The notes: generated by a model not told the origin, from the sequence alone. A stretch of DNA of 64,000 bases from Microgenomates group bacterium (GCA_049303675.1 JBAQNJ010000001.1:278994-342993); one strand, 5' to 3'; counted from the stretch's first letter, positions 36,883-45,765 are shown. Program-made: numbers and translations.

Positions 36883-38211
36883 ATGTCCAAATACATCATT
36901 GACGGTGGTACACCACTCTCCGGTGAAGTTTTTATCCGTGGCGCCAAAAATGCCAGTTACAAGCAAATCATTGCCTCCCTGCTGACCAGTGATTCCGTCG
37001 AACTGACCAACATTCCTCAAATTTCCGACGTTCACATTACCACTAGTATTGCCCAAAACTTAGGCGTTTCTGTCGAAGAGGTTGGCGAGCATGGCCTGAT
37101 TATCACCGCCAAAAATATCACCCATTCGGTCATTCCCAGTGGTACCGGCGAGAAATCACGCACTTCTTTTATATTTATTGGTCCCTTGCTAGCCCGTACC
37201 GGTAGCATTACCTTTCCTTCTCCGGGAGGCGACAAATTGGGGGAGCGGCCCCTTGATCGTCTTTTTGCCTGTCTGACTCAGATGAATGTCCAGATAGTTG
37301 CCGCCGAGGATTCCTATACTCTCACTACTTCAGGGCTTGTCGGTACTGATTATACTTTCGAAAAGCCTTCACACACCTCCACCGAAGTTGTCATCATGAC
37401 TGCTTGTCTGGCTGCAGGGGAGACAATTATTCGCCATGCCGCCTGCGAGCCCGAAATCGACGACCTCATCCACTTACTCAATCAAATGGGTGCCCAGATC
37501 AAGCGAGATACTACCGAACCTTCCACTATTTATATTACTGGTGTCCAGTCACTCCATGGTGCTACTCATCAGGTTATCTCCGACCGCAATGAGGCAGTCA
37601 CTTTTGCTTGTGCTGCTCTCAGTACCCGTGGTTCCATCAGTATTTTGCGCCTCAACCCTCAGATAATTGCCACATTTTTAGATACCATCGAAAAAATGGG
37701 AGCGCAGGTCAATCGGGGCAAGGATGAAGTTAAGATTAGCTGGCACCAGCCTCTCTCTGCTATCGATATTGCCACCGGACCAGAGCCGGAATTTATGACT
37801 GACTGGCAAGCAGTTTTTAGTCTAGTTCTTACTCAGGCCGTCGGGGTTAGTAGTGTCATCGAGCGGGTTTTCCCTTCTCGTTTCCAACACATCCAATTGC
37901 TCAACCAAATGGGAGCCAAGACCAAATTTTTTCAGCCAGATATAGCCGATCCTGCCGCTTATTACCACTTCAATCCTAGTTCCGATCGCCCTGAATTTTT
38001 TCATGGCGTTACCATCTATGGCCCCACCAAATTACAGCCAGCCGATATGAAAATCTCCGATCTCCGAGCCGGTGCTACCTCCACCCTCGCCGCTCTCACT
38101 GCTCAGGGCACATCTACCATTGAGGGTGTCGAGTTTATCGAGCGCGGCTACGAAAAATTAGCCGATAGATTGGCTTCACTAGGTGCTCGCATCAAGTACA
38201 TCAAGACTTAG
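36883..38211 (+). CDS. murA: UDP-N-acetylglucosamine 1-carboxyvinyltransferase
   Basis: IDGGTPLSGEVFIRGAKNASYKQI N-terminus; PGGDKLGERPLD active-site loop (Asp in place of the usual Cys); DLRAGATS...ERGYEKL. Confidence 0.92.
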   Translation: MSKYIIDGGTPLSGEVFIRGAKNASYKQIIASLLTSDSVELTNIPQISDVHITTSIAQNLGVSVEEVGEHGLIITAKNITHSVIPSGTGEKSRTSFIFIGPLLARTGSITFPSPGGDKLGERPLDRLFACLTQMNVQIVAAEDSYTLTTSGLVGTDYTFEKPSHTSTEVVIMTACLAAGETIIRHAACEPEIDDLIHLLNQMGAQIKRDTTEPSTIYITGVQSLHGATHQVISDRNEAVTFACAALSTRGSISILRLNPQIIATFLDTIEKMGAQVNRGKDEVKISWHQPLSAIDIATGPEPEFMTDWQAVFSLVLTQAVGVSSVIERVFPSRFQHIQLLNQMGAKTKFFQPDIADPAAYYHFNPSSDRPEFFHGVTIYGPTKLQPADMKISDLRAGATSTLAALTAQGTSTIEGVEFIERGYEKLADRLASLGARIKYIKT

Positions 38212-38227
38212 TGCTATAATTTTCCAT

Positions 38228-38455
38228 ATGTCCAAAAAATCAACAGCATCTCTCGAAATTGAATTACCTCAAGACACTATTACTGCGATCAAAGCCTATG
38301 CCTCCGAGAAACACCTATCTTTCAACAAAGCTACCCTCAGGTTTATCAGTATTGGTCAACAATTCGAACAATTGGCCAGTGAATCAGGAGTGACTTTTCA
38401 CACCAAGCTGCCTGCCAGTCGTCATCCTCATCCATTTGGTCGCAAATTTCCCTAA
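38228..38455 (+). CDS. Hypothetical small protein
   Basis: ATG 7 nt after TGCTATAAT. The track ORF start at 38183 overlaps the murA end. Confidence 0.3.
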   Translation: MSKKSTASLEIELPQDTITAIKAYASEKHLSFNKATLRFISIGQQFEQLASESGVTFHTKLPASRHPHPFGRKFP

Positions 38456-38859
38456 CCAATTTTTGTTGTTAGTCCATATATCGGCAATATTATTGCCACC
38501 ACCAACAGTCCCACTACTAGTCCGATCAACAGCATTGCCAACCATTGTAATTCACTAATCATCAAATCCTTCGAGCTAATCATTGAACCTTCCTTGTATT
38601 TTAGTAGTCTCTCATCAAACTTAATATCCATAAAATTTGGTGAGAATATGTATCCCGCAAAAATAATCAATCCTACTACCACATAATTAATGTACTTCTC
38701 TACCAAAATAGTTATTGCCAGTTTATCCACCCCCATTTCAGTATACAGTCCCGTTAGCTTTGGCATTACCACATACGACATTAATCCCAGTACTATCGCC
38801 ATTACTATTGATACTATGGCCACCTGCAACTTTTGCCCTTTCAAAATATCCCTTGCCAC
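38452..38859 (-). CDS. Hypothetical membrane protein, possible single T2SS-F (PilC/GspF)-like domain
   Basis: Three TM helices. MPKLTGLYTEMGVD and the C-terminal ILPIYGL faintly resemble GspF-domain motifs. Confidence 0.3.
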   Translation of the reverse strand: MARDILKGQKLQVAIVSIVMAIVLGLMSYVVMPKLTGLYTEMGVDKLAITILVEKYINYVVVGLIIFAGYIFSPNFMDIKFDERLLKYKEGSMISSKDLMISELQWLAMLLIGLVVGLLVVAIILPIYGLTTKIG

Positions 38860-38892
38860 TTCTTTTTTTATATAAGCTGGTTACATAGACTA

Positions 38893-39132
38893 TTATACAA
38901 AATGTTTCTTGGCAAAAGCTATTCCCGACCCTGTTTTAAGATATTTCTCAAATTTATATGCGATATATTTGTCATTAAATGCAAAATACACCTTTACTTT
39001 CCAGGGTTTATAAAATTGTGTTGCGGGTACTTTTCCTTCATTGTGCATTTTAATCCGCTCTTTTAGGTCTTCAGTACATCCTACATACCTCCGTCCGTAC
39101 TTATTTGTAAGTATGTAAACATAAGAAAACAT
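38893..39132 (-). CDS. Small stand-alone GIY-YIG nuclease-domain protein
   Basis: YVYILTNKYGRRYVGCTEDLKERIKMHNEG signature; 79 aa. Lies immediately downstream of tmRNA. Confidence 0.8.
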   Translation of the reverse strand: MFSYVYILTNKYGRRYVGCTEDLKERIKMHNEGKVPATQFYKPWKVKVYFAFNDKYIAYKFEKYLKTGSGIAFAKKHFV

Positions 39133-39212
39133 TACAAATTTTATTACAAATGGAGGACTTTGTCCTCCGGAGCAGAGAGATTATTTGACAATTTAGACAG
39201 TTGGCGTATACG

Positions 39213-39243
39213 AAAAACGCGCCTTTGTATACACAAAAGCGCG
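39213..39243 (-). terminator. Intrinsic terminator downstream of tmRNA
   Basis: On the minus strand, an interrupted CGCGC/GCGCG + TTTGT/ACAAA hairpin is followed by TTTTT. Confidence 0.6.
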
Positions 39244-39247
39244 CGCA

Positions 39248-39678
39248 GGAGGAGATGCTCGGTATTGAGCCGAGGTCCAAAGTGGACTATAAAAAACGTC
39301 TACAAGCTTAATTTACTTTATCCTACACTTTCAACAACTAAAGTAAACGAAAAGTGTTGAAATGTCGATTATTGAGGGCATTACCCCTCTCTTAAATCCA
39401 CGATCTAATCGAGAAGATCGGGACAGCATTCTAGTTTAATTTACACTAGCTAGTCTTCTCTAGAAAAGGGGACTAACTAATGGATGATTCTGTTTAGGCA
39501 AGAGCCCAAACAGGAGCCTTAGAAGCTAGAGCGCCTTTTACAGCGTTTGCAACTTTGGTTAAATCAACACCAAAAGTATTTTTGGCATGTTTGTTTTTGA
39601 CCCTGTTTAACGACTCAATGGATCAAAGTCGGCTTGCGGTTTTTTAAGGTACTCACCTTGTCGATGCAATACATCTCC
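39248..39678 (-). ncRNA. ssrA: tmRNA (SsrA), one-piece
   Basis: Minus strand. 5' GGAGATGTATTGCATCGACAAGG (compare E. coli GGGGCTGATTCTGGATTCGACGGG). 3' GGAC-CTCGG-CTCAATA-CCGAG-CATCTCC-TCC is a T-arm plus acceptor. Tag ORF GTT-GCAAACGCT... (resume codon 39550-39548, stop 39496-39494) encodes ANAVKGALASKAPVWALA. smpB lies 2.7 kb away. Confidence 0.75.
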
Positions 39679-39720
39679 AAGTTATAGAACTACATATTCT
39701 ACCAATAATCAGCCCAAAAA

Positions 39721-40059
39721 TCAACCTTTTTTGTAAAACCTACTTACAGGTTTTACATTTTTCGGAAGAATTTCTCTGGAGACCACATCCCCAGGTCTAA
39801 AATTATCACCTTCAACTACAACTGATATAACTGGTCTATAACAAGCGAAATCTTCTTTTTTCCATACCAACACTTTTCCGAGAGACAATGTTTGTCTCAC
39901 CGGCCTACCATTTTCAAAAGATGTCCCCGTTCCAATTACTTCTATAGTTTTTTCGAGTGCACGCTCCATAATTCCGTCATCCATTCCTGCCAATTTTCCT
40001 TCTCGTTCCCACTTGTCCCATTGAGCTCTATTTTTAGGATTTGCTTTTGATTCATTCAT
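39721..40059 (-). CDS. Hypothetical protein
   Basis: Start moved to ATG 40059 (TGATATAAT-TTGATT-ATG). Confidence 0.4.
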   Translation of the reverse strand: MNESKANPKNRAQWDKWEREGKLAGMDDGIMERALEKTIEVIGTGTSFENGRPVRQTLSLGKVLVWKKEDFACYRPVISVVVEGDNFRPGDVVSREILPKNVKPVSRFYKKG

Positions 40060-40145
40060 AATCAAATTATATCATATGTTATAGGTTCTTTCAAGTATTC
40101 GTTAGAATTATCCAAGTTGTATAGTCGACTAACTTACGATTAAAA

Positions 40146-40358
40146 TCAACCTTTCAACTCTTTAGCATACAATCTTCTAGCATATCGTTGCATTAGCTCA
40201 CCCATTTCCGGTGCCCGTCTATCGAGCATATTCTCCACTACCTTCTTTCGTTCAGCAGCACTAACTGGTGGAAGAACTCTTCCCCTTATCCCAGGCGCAA
40301 TTTCCTCCAAAACTATTTTTTGAGGTACTTCGTCTAAATTACCTTCCATTGTTTTCAT
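40146..40358 (-). CDS. Hypothetical small protein
   Basis: 70 aa. TGATATAAT + 6 nt + ATG. Confidence 0.35.
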   Translation of the reverse strand: MKTMEGNLDEVPQKIVLEEIAPGIRGRVLPPVSAAERKKVVENMLDRRAPEMGELMQRYARRLYAKELKG

Positions 40359-40397
40359 AACCCGATTATATCACCAAGTTGTTATACTCTTTTCACA

Positions 40398-41018
40398 ATG
40401 CCCATTCCATTTTTAGTCAAATCAGTCAAAAATCTTAGTTACCTAGACGACAAATTTACTCTCAGTTGGCCCAAATTTGTCGAGTGGTACTCTAGCCGCA
40501 AAGCCATCAAAGCCTTTGCTAAAGTCAAGCCATTCATAGTTGGGGAGAATATTCTTGATGTTGGTTTTGGCGCCGGCACCATCGGTAAAATTATCGCCAC
40601 CTCAGGGTATAATCTCACCGGAATCGATGTGGCCGATCTAAGCATTTATTCCGATCTAAAGGCAGTTATCTATGATGGTGTCAAAATGCCTTTTAAGAAT
40701 AAACAGTTCGACACTGCCGTCATTATTCACGTCCTCCATCATTGTTCTGACCCTGTTGCTACTTTAATCGAAGCCAAAAGATGTGCCAAAAGAGTTGTCT
40801 TTATCGAGGATACCTACCGCAATTCGTTTGAAAAGGCCATTGTTTCCTTCAATGACAACCTTGGCAACTGGGAATTTTATCAACATCCATATCAGACCGA
40901 TTTATCTTGGCGCCAAACTATCCAGAAGCTGGGATACAAACTTATTTATCAACAAAGTTGGACAGAGATGTCACCTTCAATCCTTCCCTCCCGATATTGT
41001 CTTTGTGTTATTGAGTAA
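40398..41018 (+). CDS. Class I SAM-dependent methyltransferase
   Basis: ILDVGFGAGTIG motif I and a downstream FDTAVIIHVLHH motif. Confidence 0.75.
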   Translation: MPIPFLVKSVKNLSYLDDKFTLSWPKFVEWYSSRKAIKAFAKVKPFIVGENILDVGFGAGTIGKIIATSGYNLTGIDVADLSIYSDLKAVIYDGVKMPFKNKQFDTAVIIHVLHHCSDPVATLIEAKRCAKRVVFIEDTYRNSFEKAIVSFNDNLGNWEFYQHPYQTDLSWRQTIQKLGYKLIYQQSWTEMSPSILPSRYCLCVIE

Positions 41019-41039
41019 ATTGTGGCAATCTTTACCTAG

Positions 41040-41666
41040 ATGTCTCTTCTATTCGATCTTCTCTTTCCCCGTACCTGCGCCGGCTGTGGTCGAGTCGGCC
41101 ACTATCTTTGTCGGGATTGTCAGTCAAAACTTGTTTATCAAAGTGTTTATCAAAACAATCGTCTCTCTCTGTTTCGTTATCATGGTGCCATCAAGCAATT
41201 AATTACCGATCTCAAATTTAGCTTTGTCAGCGATATTGTCCCTGAAATAGGGGACATTCTGGTTTACGGGCTAGTCAACAAATATCCCCACCTTCTTCGC
41301 TATTGGCAGCAAAATAATTATATTTTAGTCCCTATTCCCCTTTATGAATCTCGCCACAATTGGCGCGGATACAATCAATCAGAATTGTTATGTCAAAAAT
41401 TATCAGCCGAATTAAACCTATCCTACGAACCAAATCTATTGGTCCGCACTCGCAACACCATCCCCCAGACTAGTATTCGCGACCGCCGCCTTCGTAAAAC
41501 CAACATCAATTCTTCATTTTCGTTTCGTTCCGATTTATTAAATTCTGTTAAATTATTAAATTTTATTATTGTAGACGACGTCTACACCACCGGTTCCACC
41601 ATTCATTCTGCTGCTTCCGCTTTTCCTAGAGGCTCAAATCTCTGGGCTCTCACAATAGCTGGATAG
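41040..41666 (+). CDS. comF: ComF family phosphoribosyltransferase-domain protein
   Basis: N-terminal CAGCG....CRDC zinc-finger-like motif and C-terminal IIVDDVYTTGSTI PRTase motif. Confidence 0.75.
   Translation: MSLLFDLLFPRTCAGCGRVGHYLCRDCQSKLVYQSVYQNNRLSLFRYHGAIKQLITDLKFSFVSDIVPEIGDILVYGLVNKYPHLLRYWQQNNYILVPIPLYESRHNWRGYNQSELLCQKLSAELNLSYEPNLLVRTRNTIPQTSIRDRRLRKTNINSSFSFRSDLLNSVKLLNFIIVDDVYTTGSTIHSAASAFPRGSNLWALTIAG
41534..41567 (+). repeat. 34-nt AT-rich repeat, copy 1 (inside comF)
   Basis: TTTATTAAATTCTGTTAAATTATTAAATTTTATT is identical to 43577-43610. Translated as LLNSVKLLNFI just before the PRTase motif. Confidence 0.9.
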
Positions 41667-41696
41667 TTACGTCTTTTAGTGATACAATAGTTCAAT

Positions 41697-42125
41697 ATGT
41701 TTCGTATTATCACCGAGAAATCATTAATACAGGAGCAGAAGCGAGTCGGTCGATCCGGACGCACTCTCGGATTTTCTCCTATTCACGCTCATGAAATAAA
41801 CTTGGTTAGGGATATTGTCGCCGCATCTGAATCTTCTGCACTCGGCAAACATACAGTCGAAGAAGCCACAGTTGTATTTGGACTTCTCCCCCGCAGATGC
41901 GTTATTATCGAGGGTCCTGCACACGGGCTAAGTCCGTTTTGGAACGTTTTCAACGATGTTGCCGATACTTTGGCTCAGGCAAAGTCACTCAAAGCGGAGG
42001 GATATTCTTTTCAGGTCACCCAATCACTTCAAGACCTTGCCACTGGTAAGTTGCAGGAGCGAAAAGAGAAACGCCAGAGAATACTGGAACGTAAAATAAA
42101 GACACAGCTAGATCTTCGTGGTTAG
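41697..42125 (+). CDS. Hypothetical protein
   Basis: 142-aa ORF. TGATACAAT is upstream. Confidence 0.35.
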   Translation: MFRIITEKSLIQEQKRVGRSGRTLGFSPIHAHEINLVRDIVAASESSALGKHTVEEATVVFGLLPRRCVIIEGPAHGLSPFWNVFNDVADTLAQAKSLKAEGYSFQVTQSLQDLATGKLQERKEKRQRILERKIKTQLDLRG

Positions 42126-42155
42126 TTTATTCTGAATACAAACCATTACCCAAAA

Positions 42156-42824
42156 TCATCCCTGGCTAATCACTCTACTTTTTCTTATCTCTTCTTCTGT
42201 CTTCATTTCTCCCATTACTTCTTTTGGCATACTTACCGTCGCTTCATCAATCAACTTTCCATCAATTGGAGTTAGTGAGCTGAGGTAAAAATTCTCTACA
42301 TCCAGTCCGTGGTTCGACAGCGATTCTCTCAATTCTTTCTTAATTTCATCTTCTATTTGGCTTCGGCTAGTCGCTAGCGCCATATTGAGAGTATGGTTAG
42401 TCAGTACTTTTCGTATTCTACTGCGAGTTACCGGTCGGACCACTTTTGACACAAAATTTTCCCCTATATTTTGCCAAATCTCTGGCAATCTCTCGGTATC
42501 TAGTTTGATTAGAGCCGTGGCTTCTACCGCTACAAATTTATTGTCCGCCGTCACTGCATTAATTACTTCATCACCCATAATTTCTTTGTTGTCCTTGACG
42601 GTCACATCCTTTGATATCGTGTATTCAATTAGTTGGGCATTAAACAATTTGACGCGATGAATAATCGGGATTTTAAAATGCATCCCTGGGTACCATACAT
42701 TTTGTAGGACTCCCTGAAATATACTATAGATACAGCCCACATGCCCAGGGGGGACAGTGACGATAAATCCGCCGACTACTTCGTCAACGAATAGGGAGAC
42801 TAATAGATTATCAATTGATGCCAT
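42156..42824 (-). CDS. SPFH/band-7 (prohibitin/HflC-like) domain protein
   Basis: PGMHFKIPIIHRVKLFN and the following beta-rich core are typical of SPFH domains. Confidence 0.75.
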   Translation of the reverse strand: MASIDNLLVSLFVDEVVGGFIVTVPPGHVGCIYSIFQGVLQNVWYPGMHFKIPIIHRVKLFNAQLIEYTISKDVTVKDNKEIMGDEVINAVTADNKFVAVEATALIKLDTERLPEIWQNIGENFVSKVVRPVTRSRIRKVLTNHTLNMALATSRSQIEDEIKKELRESLSNHGLDVENFYLSSLTPIDGKLIDEATVSMPKEVMGEMKTEEEIRKSRVISQG

Positions 42825-42831
42825 ATTCGGT

Positions 42832-43491
42832 CTAAATTATACCATTAAACCCACTTGCCAACTCTCGAAGTTCTTTCTCTGGATCTTTTGCCAATACGAA
42901 ATCACTCGCCGACACCACTCCAACTGCCCCCATCTTTAGGCAAACTTCTACATCAGCTTTGCTTTTGATTCCTGCTCCGGCAATTAGTTTTATTCCCTTG
43001 GCCATCTCCACCGCGTTTTTAATCATTTTTGGCTCTTCCGATGAGATTGACTTATCTTTACTGCCAATTAGACTTGGCGGTTCATACATTATCCAATCAG
43101 GCTTACCACTTGCTCCCCATTTTTCGATTTGGCCCAATGTCCCCATGCACAGGCATATTTCAAACCCATCTGGTTTCCCCTTGATTATTTTAAGCACTGT
43201 CCCTTTAGGTTTTTTGTGTTCCGAGTGGTTGACTAGTGACCCTTTTATCCCCAGCATTCTTGCCTGATCCATACTTGTCCAGCCAGTGGCCTTACCCCCA
43301 TTATATTCATCCACATTTTGTAGCCATACCTCTGCCCCTGTTTCTTGGATTATCCGTACTGCATCCAGTGCCGAGGCTACCACCACCATTCTGATTTTTG
43401 TCTCATCAGCCACTTTTTTGACAATTTTTGCCAACTTTACCGCCCCATCTCCAAAAGTTTCTTTATATATTTTAAAATTAATTAATATCAT
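42832..43491 (-). CDS. tpiA: Triosephosphate isomerase, short archaeal-type
   Basis: MILINFKIYKE, LVNHSEHK, YEPPSLIG and AGAGIKS; 219 aa as in archaeal TIMs. SD-like AAAGGA lies 5-10 nt upstream. Confidence 0.8.
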   Translation of the reverse strand: MILINFKIYKETFGDGAVKLAKIVKKVADETKIRMVVVASALDAVRIIQETGAEVWLQNVDEYNGGKATGWTSMDQARMLGIKGSLVNHSEHKKPKGTVLKIIKGKPDGFEICLCMGTLGQIEKWGASGKPDWIMYEPPSLIGSKDKSISSEEPKMIKNAVEMAKGIKLIAGAGIKSKADVEVCLKMGAVGVVSASDFVLAKDPEKELRELASGFNGII

Positions 43492-43492
43492 T
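43457..43492 (+). repeat. 36-nt direct repeat, copy 1 (covers the tpiA start codon)
   Basis: GTTTCTTTATATATTTTAAAATTAATTAATATCATT is identical to 43538-43573. Confidence 0.9.
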
Positions 43493-43537
43493 GTTTCCTT
43501 TTAACTTTATAAACTTTCAACTTTACAAACTCTTCTT

Positions 43538-43573
43538 GTTTCTTTATATATTTTAAAATTAATTAATATCATT
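43538..43573 (+). repeat. 36-nt direct repeat, copy 2 (creates a 21-codon uORF, 43572-43507 minus)
   Basis: The second copy of the tpiA 5' end gives MILINFKIYKETRRVCKVESL*, ending 15 nt before the tpiA ATG. Confidence 0.85.
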
Positions 43574-43576
43574 AAG

Positions 43577-43610
43577 TTTATTAAATTCTGTTAAATTATT
43601 AAATTTTATT
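43577..43610 (+). repeat. 34-nt AT-rich repeat, copy 2 (intergenic, overlaps the stop of 43606..45105)
   Basis: Identical to 41534-41567. Confidence 0.9.
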
Positions 43611-45105
43611 TTATTCCATACTTCTGCCTCATTTGTTCGATCCCATTTCGGAGTGCTGGCATTACCTCTTCCATGGTCGCATTTTTGACCACAATTCCAT
43701 TAATTGCGTCCCCAAAATATTTACTCATTTCATCATTTAATCCCTCATCAAAAGTCCGCGAGGACAAATACCAGCCACTACTATTATTGGCCACCTTCGC
43801 AAAGGGTCGGGTCAGGGGATTGGACTCCATCTTTGTTGCCATACTTTTACGGGGATATATTTCCCCAAAGCTTCTAATTTGTGAGGCAGCAGTATACATT
43901 TTTTCTAGGCTTTCTTTGGTGGCTAGGAATGCCAAAAATTTCCAAGCTTCTTTTTGATATTTACTCTTGGCACTGACTCCTTCCGCCCAATAAGTCGACC
44001 AGTGAATATTGGTTAGGTTGGCCTCATTATTCACCTGATCCGGTGGCACATCTTTGAGTGTTGGTAGCTGGGGCACGGTGGTTATATCGTATCTTAGGCT
44101 GGGTATTTTCATTTCTTCTATATTAAATACCCGCCAGCTGGGGGCAAAATAAAAGGCCAACTTGCCATTGGCAAACAGTTCGGTCGAGCTCGGCAGTGCC
44201 TCATCCCAGACTTTATCTTTAGTTTTAAACAGAGTGTAATAAGTCAGTACATCTTGCATTTTTTTCTCACTTTCGGCATCCACGGCCAGCGGATCTACTC
44301 CGCCCTGTTTCATCATTAGTCCGACTATATCACTCCAATGATCCACATTATCCACTAGTCCCATGGCTGCTCCCGCCACTGTAATCTTGCCATTGGCATC
44401 TCGGACGGTCAGTTTATTGGCCGATTGTTCTAGGTCCCACCATGATTTGGGCAGGCTCACTCCCCCCGACTCCACCAAATCTTTGTTGTAAAACAGTGAC
44501 AATCCATCATACATTAGTGGTATCCCCAGCCAGCTCCCACTTATTTTTATGGTATTTTTATATCCCTCAAAAAAGTCGCTATCCAATCCCACTGTTGTCG
44601 ATATATCTGTTGGTACCTTGGCCAAGTCACCGGTAAACATCGGCAGCCAGCTACTGTGATATCTAAAAATATCTGGCGCATCAGTCTCTCCACCCTCAAT
44701 TCTAGTTTTTAGTCGAGTTCGGTAATTTACCTTTTGATTACGCACGTAATTAATTTTTATATTTGGGTTTTTCGATTCGTAGTCAGCAATTATTGCCTGT
44801 ATTGTCGCCGGTTCTTCCCATAGTCCCCAATAATTCAAAGTTATCACTGGTGTTTTTCCTCCTAGGTTAGGGATAATTACTTTGAATATCAAAAACAAAA
44901 TTAGTAGTATTAGTGCACCAATTCCCCCATAAATTAGGTATTTTTTAGTATCAATTGGCTTGGCCAGTGGCAGATTATTTGTTACCGTTATTTCCTCTTT
45001 CTGATCACTAATCACTGTTTTCTGTTCACTTATTTCGCTTTCATCCGCTAGGCTACTAAACCTCCGTGGTGGTAATGGTGATTTGATTTCTTCCTCAACA
45101 GGCAT
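43606..45105 (-). CDS. Membrane-anchored extracellular solute-binding protein (ABC family 1-like)
   Basis: N-terminal TM anchor, then an SBP-like body (LNYWGLWEEP..., YHSSWLPMF, FYNKDL). No permease genes are adjacent. Confidence 0.65.
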   Translation of the reverse strand: MPVEEEIKSPLPPRRFSSLADESEISEQKTVISDQKEEITVTNNLPLAKPIDTKKYLIYGGIGALILLILFLIFKVIIPNLGGKTPVITLNYWGLWEEPATIQAIIADYESKNPNIKINYVRNQKVNYRTRLKTRIEGGETDAPDIFRYHSSWLPMFTGDLAKVPTDISTTVGLDSDFFEGYKNTIKISGSWLGIPLMYDGLSLFYNKDLVESGGVSLPKSWWDLEQSANKLTVRDANGKITVAGAAMGLVDNVDHWSDIVGLMMKQGGVDPLAVDAESEKKMQDVLTYYTLFKTKDKVWDEALPSSTELFANGKLAFYFAPSWRVFNIEEMKIPSLRYDITTVPQLPTLKDVPPDQVNNEANLTNIHWSTYWAEGVSAKSKYQKEAWKFLAFLATKESLEKMYTAASQIRSFGEIYPRKSMATKMESNPLTRPFAKVANNSSGWYLSSRTFDEGLNDEMSKYFGDAINGIVVKNATMEEVMPALRNGIEQMRQKYGIK

Positions 45106-45146
45106 ATCTAATCTTAACAGATTTTACTATGTGTTAATATAATCAT

Positions 45147-45719
45147 ATGCAAAAAATAATCATCATCCACTCTGTTGTTTTAGCCATTATTTTGGCCATT
45201 GCTGGTTTTGCTTATGCCAAGTATTGGAACGTTGCCATTGTCAATGGTCGCCCTATTACCCGTCTTTCCTATATCAAATTAATGGAAAAACAGGCCGGCA
45301 AACAAATTCTAAGTCAAATGGTCGATGATGCCATTATCATGGCCGAAGCCGATGCCAAGGGACTCAAAATTGATCAAGCCGCCATCGATGAAGAATTAGC
45401 CAAAATAGAAACCAATCTCAAATCCAAGGGTCAAACTCTTGATGCCGCCCTAGCTAGTGCTGGCATGACCCGCGACGATCTCACTGGTCAAATCAAATTG
45501 AAGAAAATTCAGGATGCCCTCTCTGCCTCCAAAATCGAAGTCACCCAAGCCAAAATCGATGAATTTCTCAAAGCCAACAAAGCTCTGTTGCCTACTGGCA
45601 AAACCCGCGACGAGCTCAACACTCTCGCCAAAAATCAGCTAATTCTCGAGGCTGATCAGGCCTCCGCTACCGCTTGGCTCGATACTCTTCGCGCCTCCGC
45701 CAAAGTCATCTACAAATAA
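45147..45719 (+). CDS. SurA N-terminal-domain-like chaperone protein
   Basis: TM anchor plus a helical domain with the pattern AIVNGRPITRLSYIKLMEKQAGKQILSQMVDDAII. No PPIase domain. Confidence 0.5.
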   Translation: MQKIIIIHSVVLAIILAIAGFAYAKYWNVAIVNGRPITRLSYIKLMEKQAGKQILSQMVDDAIIMAEADAKGLKIDQAAIDEELAKIETNLKSKGQTLDAALASAGMTRDDLTGQIKLKKIQDALSASKIEVTQAKIDEFLKANKALLPTGKTRDELNTLAKNQLILEADQASATAWLDTLRASAKVIYK

Positions 45720-45765
45720 GTTCACTCGCTCTTGACTTTGTAATACAAACACACTACAATGTGTT

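Noticed and set aside
39160-39720. The 560-bp non-coding stretch first considered as RNase P RNA, and the track ORF 39160..39360
   Set aside because: No GAGGAAAGTCC/ACAGAA-CCGGCTTA-type P4 strands occur in the right order on either strand. The minus strand instead shows the tmRNA hallmarks: a tRNA-like 5' and 3' end, a resume-codon context, and a tag ORF ending in ALA. The 66-aa ORF overlaps the terminator and tmRNA and is not credible.
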